This document shows positions 9,245-16,325 of a DNA stretch of 32,159 nucleotides, in pieces. Made by a program: the position numbers and the translations under genes. The first letter of the stretch is position 1, and every line of letters starts with the position of its first letter. Source of the DNA: a virus (Duplodnaviria; Caudoviricetes). The stretch covers positions 1 through 32,159 of the IMG/VR virus record IMGVR_UViG_3300017777_002263; one strand, 5' to 3'. Below the pieces are notes generated by a model. That model ran no database searches and was not told where the DNA came from. It worked only from the letters and a program-made list of their open reading frames with translations.

Positions 9245-11149
9245 TCATTGATGTGATTTTGTTGCATAAATAAATTTGTGTTTGTTTACTATATCATATC
9301 CCATAAGATTAAGCTTGTTTTTTAACTTTTCTAATTTTTGAGATCCATCTGTAAAATAAAAATCATGGTACTCTATTAAAAATTTATCAATTTTTTGAAA
9401 TATTGAATCTTCTAAATTTTCAATTAAATCGAATTCCATTCCCTCTATATCTATTTTTACAAAATCTACTTTTTGTATTTTGTTTTGATCAAATATATCT
9501 TTTAAAGTAATCGTCTCTACGTCATAATAGTTATTTTTTATATCGTGTGCTGAACTAATTAAGCTGTTATTATCATCGATATATAATCTTAATGGTTCAT
9601 TGTTATGGGAGACAGCTAAATTAAACAATCCCACCTCACTTTCGACTTTTAAATTTTTTTGCAAAGAATTGAAAGCCGTCTTATTCGGTTCAAAACAAAA
9701 AATTTTATTACAATTATTGAGTTTCAAATACTTTGTAAATAACCCGACATTAGCGCCTATATCAAAACAAATATTTAAGTTTTTAAGATTAAGTTTGTCA
9801 TAGATTTTATCTACGAAAAACTCATTGTAATTAACGAATATTGGATCTTCATCGGAAAATTCGAGAACGGGTTTTTTAATATCTATATTTTTTAATATTA
9901 TTTCTTTTTCGTAAATCTTCTCTGTCTTATTTTTTATAAATGTCTGTAACAGAAATCCACTAAAATTACTGTCATTTTTAAAATCAAAATGTTGTTTAGG
10001 CAGAGGTATAATCCAGAACGAAATGTTAGAATTCAAAATTTTACATCCGAAAGAATAAATACAAGTTTTGGAATCACGATCTTTTACAGTAAAAAAAACA
10101 TCACTTAATGTATCTAATCCGTTGTAAATAATATCCAATTTATTATTCTCTTCGTTAAATGATATATCAAATAGTTCTTTTGGTATTGGTTCTTTGTTGA
10201 GGACAAAAGATTTTATTTTATCTAGATTTTCAACAACGTCATTTTCTAACCAAGTAACATTTTTATATTTATCATACATACCACAGTATACAGGTAGATT
10301 ATACATCAAAAGTGGTAAATCCCATCCAATAGCTTCTCTAATAACCAATGGACTTGTTTCTTTATCATTAGCTGTACCTCTAGATGTAAACAAAAAAACA
10401 TCCATGGCATTATAGAACGTATCTACGTCTTTACGTTCGCCCCACCATTTACAATTATATGGAAACTGTTTCATTAAAGGTTCCCAATAATATTTAAAAT
10501 TCTCAGCTTGATTGCCCACAAAATGAAATTGAATGTTTTCGTTTAGTAAATATTTTGCATATTCAATGATTTCTGATTGATTTTTTCTAGAAGTAAACAA
10601 TCCTACATTCAGAAAATGAGTTTTTCTAGGATCCAAATTTAGATCTTTTAGAGCTGATTCTCTGTCACTTTTTTTTCTATATACAATTGGATATTCCACA
10701 ATTGACATTGGAATATTCAAACAAGCAAATATTCTTCGTTGATATTCACTTATCAACGCAAATCCATCTGGGAAAAAACATTTATTATTTGGATTAAAAC
10801 TACTATCATGTGATGTTTCTATAATTTTATAAGTCCTATTAGGATTATAAACTTGATGTGCGAGTAGCTTATCGCAAAAGTATTCAGGTAACTCCTCAAA
10901 GTGAATTACATCGGGGTTTATAGTCTGAATGTGTTTTATTAATTCAAATTTATCTTCATATAAAGTTATCAATTTTTCTTTTAACAAACTTTGTATTTGA
11001 GTTCTTTGCACGACTAAAACCCCTCCTGTTATATCTGTATACTCTACACAATAAACATCATGATCGGAATTTAATTCCATTATTTTTTTTAATAGATATT
11101 GTGGCCCCCCACCTGTAGATAAATGTGGCGTTATAAATAATATTTTCAT
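9245..11149 (-). CDS. GT4 glycosyltransferase fused to FkbM-family methyltransferase
   Basis: GT4: MKILFITPHLSTGGGPQ, NVGLFTSRKNQ, FYNAMDVFLFTS...ETSPLVIREAIG. FkbM: FDIGANVGLF, FEPN, AVS, VDFVKIDIEGME, IEYH. Confidence 0.85.
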   Translation of the reverse strand: MKILFITPHLSTGGGPQYLLKKIMELNSDHDVYCVEYTDITGGVLVVQRTQIQSLLKEKLITLYEDKFELIKHIQTINPDVIHFEELPEYFCDKLLAHQVYNPNRTYKIIETSHDSSFNPNNKCFFPDGFALISEYQRRIFACLNIPMSIVEYPIVYRKKSDRESALKDLNLDPRKTHFLNVGLFTSRKNQSEIIEYAKYLLNENIQFHFVGNQAENFKYYWEPLMKQFPYNCKWWGERKDVDTFYNAMDVFLFTSRGTANDKETSPLVIREAIGWDLPLLMYNLPVYCGMYDKYKNVTWLENDVVENLDKIKSFVLNKEPIPKELFDISFNEENNKLDIIYNGLDTLSDVFFTVKDRDSKTCIYSFGCKILNSNISFWIIPLPKQHFDFKNDSNFSGFLLQTFIKNKTEKIYEKEIILKNIDIKKPVLEFSDEDPIFVNYNEFFVDKIYDKLNLKNLNICFDIGANVGLFTKYLKLNNCNKIFCFEPNKTAFNSLQKNLKVESEVGLFNLAVSHNNEPLRLYIDDNNSLISSAHDIKNNYYDVETITLKDIFDQNKIQKVDFVKIDIEGMEFDLIENLEDSIFQKIDKFLIEYHDFYFTDGSQKLEKLKNKLNLMGYDIVNKHKFIYATKSHQ

Positions 11150-11157
11150 AGAATCTC

Positions 11158-14100
11158 TTATTTATATACTACTTTGCTAAATCCATTATCTTTTTTTATT
11201 TCGATTTGTTCATCTACCATATCACGCATTTGATCCAAATGACTGATTACCCAAATAAAATCAAATTGATGTTTCAGATAACTAAACAAAGCTCCCATTT
11301 GACCCAAATGATCACTGTCAGCGCAACCAAATCCTTCGTCGATACAAATAATATTTGGTCTTGGTAGATTACTAATGTTAATCAGTGCTACTCTAATAGC
11401 CAAACCACTAACAAATTTTTCCATACCACTAGCCATTTCTAATGGCCAGCGTCTGTCGTCATAAACAATATTAGTCATAATGTTCTTACCGTCTGTCTGT
11501 AGAGTGATAGAGAATTCAACAATTTGTTGTAAAATGTTATTAACTTCTTTTTCTATTTCAGGTAATGTTCTAGTTATAATTTCATATGGAATCCCATCCC
11601 GGCCAATAATATTAGTATATAACTTATAAGCTTCATATGAAGATTCCAATTCTTTAACATTATTTAGTTGATCTGTAGTATTTTTATACTGCAATTCCAA
11701 CTTACCTTTTTCAGTAGAAGCGTTAAACAATTTATTATTTACCAATTTAATATCTGATTCGATGTTTTTAATGGTCGTTTTTACTTCATTTACACTAACA
11801 ATCAATTTGGCGTTGTTTTCAATAATATCTCTGTTCTTATAAAATGTATCAATATTTTGAATTACTCCATTCAAATCATTTTGCAGTTTGATTTTGAAAT
11901 TTTCATCACGTAGTATTGACGTTGATAAAATTTCTTTGTTTTTTTCCAATTTAACTTTTTCACTATTAACACGTTGACATTCTTTATAACGAGCTTCAAT
12001 ATCCCCGAATGAATCAAGTTTATTTTTAGAAATATTATACTGTTCAACTAAAATTTTACCTTTACTTTTATCAAGTTCAATTTCTTCTTTTGTTTTAATT
12101 GCATCTTTAACAAATACATTATTAACGCAGTATGTACAATTAGGATCGTACTTATGTTCCTCTAACTTCTTTAGCTTATCAATTTTATTCTTAACTATTG
12201 CTTTTAATTTTTCTATTTCAGAAGACTTTTTAGACTCTTCTTCTTTACAGATTTTATACTGATCGTAATCATTTTCTATATTTTCACAACTCTTTAGTGA
12301 AGACGATAAATCAAAAAGTTGCGTTTCATTCGTTGAAAATTTAGATTTCTTCTCACTTATATCAGTTTCAAACGTATTAATATTTGCGTCTAATTTAGTC
12401 TTTTCGGATTCCAACTTGACTATATCAAAATCAAAAGTTGCGGTTCTAATAATATTGTTGGATAATTCTAGAAGATTATTATTATGTTCTTCTTTTTTGA
12501 CTTCAAGATCTTTGATGTCACTATTATAACGTGATATATTTTGATTATTCAGATCAATGCTACCAGAGACGTTTTGTAAATCATCAATTAATTGGTCTTT
12601 ACTAATATTCTTAAGTAATGTATTTGTTTCTTTAAACTTATCATTTGAAATAGTATACAACTGATCGAATACTGTTAGACCCATGAACTGACACAACAAA
12701 TCTTTGCGTTCTGTTTGACCCAAGTCGATAAATGACCCAGCCTTGCTGTTCTGAATACTCAGTACAGTAAGAATAAAGTCTTCATATGTACCAACATAAT
12801 CTCTAATGATGTCATTGGTACTACGCCGAGCTTCCCCGTTCAAAGGAGATTCATTTCCATTATCCATCTTATAGAACTTGACCTCTACTTTAACATTTCC
12901 TTTTTTGTCAGCTTTACCCTCCCGTTCTATAAAATAATCAACTCCGTTTACCTCAAAGTTAAACTTACATCGGAAACTCATTTTCTGAGTATTCAATACG
13001 TGTACAGCTTTATATCCCTTGCTAAATTTATCAAATACACAAAATGCTAACGCATCCATAATACTCGATTTACCACTAGCATTTGGTGCAAATAATCCGA
13101 TAGTACCCTTGAGTTTGGTAAAATCAATATAATTGCCTTCACCGTAACTAAACATATTATCAAATTCAAATACTTTTGGTTTCCAGCGAATATTCTTCGG
13201 AGCTTTATCCTTTGGTATTTCTAGATTGATAATTTTATTTAACTCTTTAACCTTATAAATTAGTTCTGCAGAAACATTCTTAGATAGAAGATTTTCTTCT
13301 ATTAGTTTGTTCTGATAATCAACGTCGAAAATGTTATGAATCTCAAATATCTGACCCGATTTCAACATCAAATCATGTGATGGTTCATCGATTCGATTAA
13401 ATGTGGTTTCGATAATTTCACACTTATTTTTTACTTCATTGATGATCTCTTTGACCTGAGATGGAATAGATTCACAACAAAGTGTACGAATACGAACTTT
13501 CTTTGGAATGTCTGTAATATCAGTGATTAATTTACCTTTATTAATTTCGATTGTATAAAAGCCATAATCATTTTTCAACTCATAATGTTTATAGACTTTT
13601 CGTTTCAGATCCCACATCAAGAATCCGTGTCCTTTAAGTTCTTCGCCATGATTCTGTTGAATCATAGAACCTGCATATACGATTATCGGCTTACTTTCAC
13701 TTTCATCATATTCTTGTAGAATCTGATGTTTATGGATATCACCTAACATTGCAATGTGATGTCCATCAAACAATTCATTTGTAATAGCACGATTACTAAC
13801 GGTGTATCCAACATCTGTAACAGCATTATTAACCGGACCATGGAATAATGCAATATGATGGTCTGTTTCTACACGATATTTAGACGGAATGTCTTCATAA
13901 CGAATATATTTGTCTGAATCGTCAAATACGCTAAAATTGTTAAATAGTATATTTTGATAACGATAGACTTCAGTATTTTTTAGATAATAAAGATTTGGAT
14001 GATTAAGTGCTTGTACGATTGGAGTTAAACAGTCCAATCTTGCCTTGTTTGCTAACGTTGCATCGTGATTACCCGCCGTTAAAATCACAGGAACACGATC

Positions 14101-14343
14101 AGCGCAACTTTTTAGAAAGTCACCTCCGATTTTAACACACTCAGGACTTAAATCTGATTTATTATGAAAAATGTCGCCTGCAATAACCAAGATTGCATTT
14201 AGAGTCTTAGCTTTATCCAAAGCAGTATAGAACTTTTCAAATACAGATGTATATTCATCATGTCGTTTTGTCAAACGAATGTGAATATCCGCAACATGCA
14301 TCACACAATTGATTTTATCGTCGGTATTTTTTAATACGATCAT
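11158..14343 (-). CDS. Mre11/SbcD-like nuclease fused to Rad50/SbcC-like ATPase (T4 gp47-gp46 fusion)
   Basis: Phosphoesterase motifs ADIH, GDIFH, GNHD, FHG, GDIH. Walker A APNASGKSS, long coiled coil with Zn-hook CTYC, signature ASGMEK, Walker B CIDEGFG, H-loop ISH. Confidence 0.92.
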   Translation of the reverse strand: MIVLKNTDDKINCVMHVADIHIRLTKRHDEYTSVFEKFYTALDKAKTLNAILVIAGDIFHNKSDLSPECVKIGGDFLKSCADRVPVILTAGNHDATLANKARLDCLTPIVQALNHPNLYYLKNTEVYRYQNILFNNFSVFDDSDKYIRYEDIPSKYRVETDHHIALFHGPVNNAVTDVGYTVSNRAITNELFDGHHIAMLGDIHKHQILQEYDESESKPIIVYAGSMIQQNHGEELKGHGFLMWDLKRKVYKHYELKNDYGFYTIEINKGKLITDITDIPKKVRIRTLCCESIPSQVKEIINEVKNKCEIIETTFNRIDEPSHDLMLKSGQIFEIHNIFDVDYQNKLIEENLLSKNVSAELIYKVKELNKIINLEIPKDKAPKNIRWKPKVFEFDNMFSYGEGNYIDFTKLKGTIGLFAPNASGKSSIMDALAFCVFDKFSKGYKAVHVLNTQKMSFRCKFNFEVNGVDYFIEREGKADKKGNVKVEVKFYKMDNGNESPLNGEARRSTNDIIRDYVGTYEDFILTVLSIQNSKAGSFIDLGQTERKDLLCQFMGLTVFDQLYTISNDKFKETNTLLKNISKDQLIDDLQNVSGSIDLNNQNISRYNSDIKDLEVKKEEHNNNLLELSNNIIRTATFDFDIVKLESEKTKLDANINTFETDISEKKSKFSTNETQLFDLSSSLKSCENIENDYDQYKICKEEESKKSSEIEKLKAIVKNKIDKLKKLEEHKYDPNCTYCVNNVFVKDAIKTKEEIELDKSKGKILVEQYNISKNKLDSFGDIEARYKECQRVNSEKVKLEKNKEILSTSILRDENFKIKLQNDLNGVIQNIDTFYKNRDIIENNAKLIVSVNEVKTTIKNIESDIKLVNNKLFNASTEKGKLELQYKNTTDQLNNVKELESSYEAYKLYTNIIGRDGIPYEIITRTLPEIEKEVNNILQQIVEFSITLQTDGKNIMTNIVYDDRRWPLEMASGMEKFVSGLAIRVALINISNLPRPNIICIDEGFGCADSDHLGQMGALFSYLKHQFDFIWVISHLDQMRDMVDEQIEIKKDNGFSKVVYK

Positions 14344-15254
14344 AGTTTATTTATTAATTTATATCTGTATAATACACTTTCATCCATTCTAACACCACAG
14401 CTGATGGTTTGCCAAGTTTTTATATGTCCTATTTCATTCGGATCTTTTCCATCTAATAAAATTAGACGTGATTCAATATCATTAGAAATTAAAAAATCAC
14501 ATATTTTCAAACTGGATCCTAAAGCATCGTTATCCAATAAAACATTTACATATGGCGGTCTATATTCCAACAATTTCATTTTAAGTTTTCTAGACATAGT
14601 CTTTCCAAATAAAGGTACCGTATTGTACTTTACCGAAAGCGCGTCAAATGGTCCCTCTACGATTGTAATGGGTTTTGTAAAATCTGTAAATAATTCAAAT
14701 CCTATGATGTCTTTGCTTCCATCACACAATCTATACTTTAGATACCCATTGTAAAAGTCTCTACCACAATAGAAATTTAAATTTCCATCTTTATCATATG
14801 ACGGAATAATTACTCTATTTGCGAATGTGCCTTCTGTACAATAACCAATATTATAACGAACAATTTCATGCACATTTAGATTTCTTTTTAAACAATAGTT
14901 AAGTGCGTGTTTATAACCAACGTCGTTTGAAGATTTGTATAGTGGTTTAAATTCACTTGGTAAAGTTAGTGTCTTTTTCTCGTCAGAGACATAACTTGTT
15001 CTGACTTTATTTTTACATAAGATCTGATAGTACTCAGCCGAAGCTTTTAATTTTTTAAGAAGTGAAGAAAAACTTTTACCACTAAAGCCACATACCCAAC
15101 ATTGGTAATATCCAGTGATAGTGTTGATATTTAATTTGCGTTTGTGATGTTGACAGTTTGTACAAAACACAAGTATTTCAGTCCCACCTTTTTGAATATG
15201 TGGTTTTTGCTTAAACAACTTTGAAAGTGTTTCTATAACCGAACTATTGATCAT
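14340..15254 (-). CDS. DNA primase (T4 gp61-like, Zn-finger + TOPRIM)
   Basis: Zn-binding CTNC...CWVC, RYNIGYC...RVIIP, TOPRIM VEGPFDA and LLDNDA, KDPNEIG. Confidence 0.88.
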   Translation of the reverse strand: MINSSVIETLSKLFKQKPHIQKGGTEILVFCTNCQHHKRKLNINTITGYYQCWVCGFSGKSFSSLLKKLKASAEYYQILCKNKVRTSYVSDEKKTLTLPSEFKPLYKSSNDVGYKHALNYCLKRNLNVHEIVRYNIGYCTEGTFANRVIIPSYDKDGNLNFYCGRDFYNGYLKYRLCDGSKDIIGFELFTDFTKPITIVEGPFDALSVKYNTVPLFGKTMSRKLKMKLLEYRPPYVNVLLDNDALGSSLKICDFLISNDIESRLILLDGKDPNEIGHIKTWQTISCGVRMDESVLYRYKLINKL

Positions 15255-15262
15255 CTCATTCT

Positions 15263-15291
15263 AGAGTAACAGATGAATTAAATTAAATCAA
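15263..15291 (-). promoter_or_regulatory. Candidate sigma70-like promoter for the primase / Mre11-Rad50 operon
   Basis: Minus strand TTGATT, 17-nt spacer, TACTCT with a TG extended -10, ending 8 nt before the primase ATG. Confidence 0.45.
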
Positions 15292-15296
15292 GACAT

Positions 15297-15806
15297 TTAT
15301 TTTTTATATAAACTAGCTACCACAGCGTCGTACATATCACTATTACGTTCGTCCCAATTTCCTTTTTTATTTTGTGTAGTAAACTTTATAACATCAGGCA
15401 CAAGTGATTCAAGTTCTTGTCTAACAAAATCTTTTGATTTGATTCCTTTTATTCTACATTTACCAAATAATTGTTTTCGTATCGTATTAACAGATAGCAA
15501 ATTAACTTTCTTTTTAAAATGTTCTTCTATAATATACGCAAAAACAGCATTGTGTCTAGCTAATGTGATAATAACTTGTTGACTAGTAAAACCTCCAGCG
15601 AATCCGCTTAATGCGGCTTCAAGATTAATTTCATCAAATCTTTTAATCTCTTTCGTCTTTTCAAGACTCGAAATAACACAAAACGTTTTTTCTTTAGTTG
15701 TTTCTAATTTTTTAGTGTCTACGAAACCAGCAGAAAGAATCTTTCCGTTTTCACAGAAAGACCAACCAGTTGTAGATGTAGATGAATCCAATCCTAATAT
15801 AACCAT
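15297..15806 (-). CDS. RuvC-like Holliday junction resolvase
   Basis: RNase H fold motifs ILGLDSSTSTTGWS, INLE, C-terminal DMYDAVV; 169 aa. Confidence 0.8.
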   Translation of the reverse strand: MVILGLDSSTSTTGWSFCENGKILSAGFVDTKKLETTKEKTFCVISSLEKTKEIKRFDEINLEAALSGFAGGFTSQQVIITLARHNAVFAYIIEEHFKKKVNLLSVNTIRKQLFGKCRIKGIKSKDFVRQELESLVPDVIKFTTQNKKGNWDERNSDMYDAVVASLYKK

Positions 15807-15818
15807 TTAGAATATATA

Positions 15819-16298
15819 TTAACGGCGGAATGAACCGTTAGTATATTTGTTACTATTAAAACCTTTAACGAATCGTGAAAGTTCTAAAGATCTCTGATCT
15901 CCTACATCTTTAAATTGACTTACACCTAATGGGGTTTGTAATCTAAACCCAGGATCTTTAGTATATAATGCATCTTGCAAAGAAGCCTGACCATTCCAGT
16001 TAGTGGAAATTTTATTAACGCCTGTAGTTAATACTGGACCATTTGAGGTATTATCACTGTAATTCAAATATTTTTCATTGAAATTTTCTTTGGGTCTCTC
16101 CGGATATGGACCGACTGCTTGAAAACCAGGATTAATTGTTGACAATGTAGATTGAATACTACCATTTCCAGCATCTAACATTGTATTAGACGTAGATCGA
16201 TATGCATCAAAAGCACCTCCGGCTTTTTGTCCGGATTTATATCTACCGGCCAATCCCATTTTTAGAGATTCACGATTAATTTTTGAGTCTGTTGCCAT
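15819..16298 (-). CDS. Hypothetical protein (159 aa)
   Basis: Co-oriented ORF that fills the gap between neighbouring genes; no recognised family. Confidence 0.7.
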   Translation of the reverse strand: MATDSKINRESLKMGLAGRYKSGQKAGGAFDAYRSTSNTMLDAGNGSIQSTLSTINPGFQAVGPYPERPKENFNEKYLNYSDNTSNGPVLTTGVNKISTNWNGQASLQDALYTKDPGFRLQTPLGVSQFKDVGDQRSLELSRFVKGFNSNKYTNGSFRR

Positions 16299-16325
16299 AC
16301 GAGTCTATTTATATAATAAATATAA

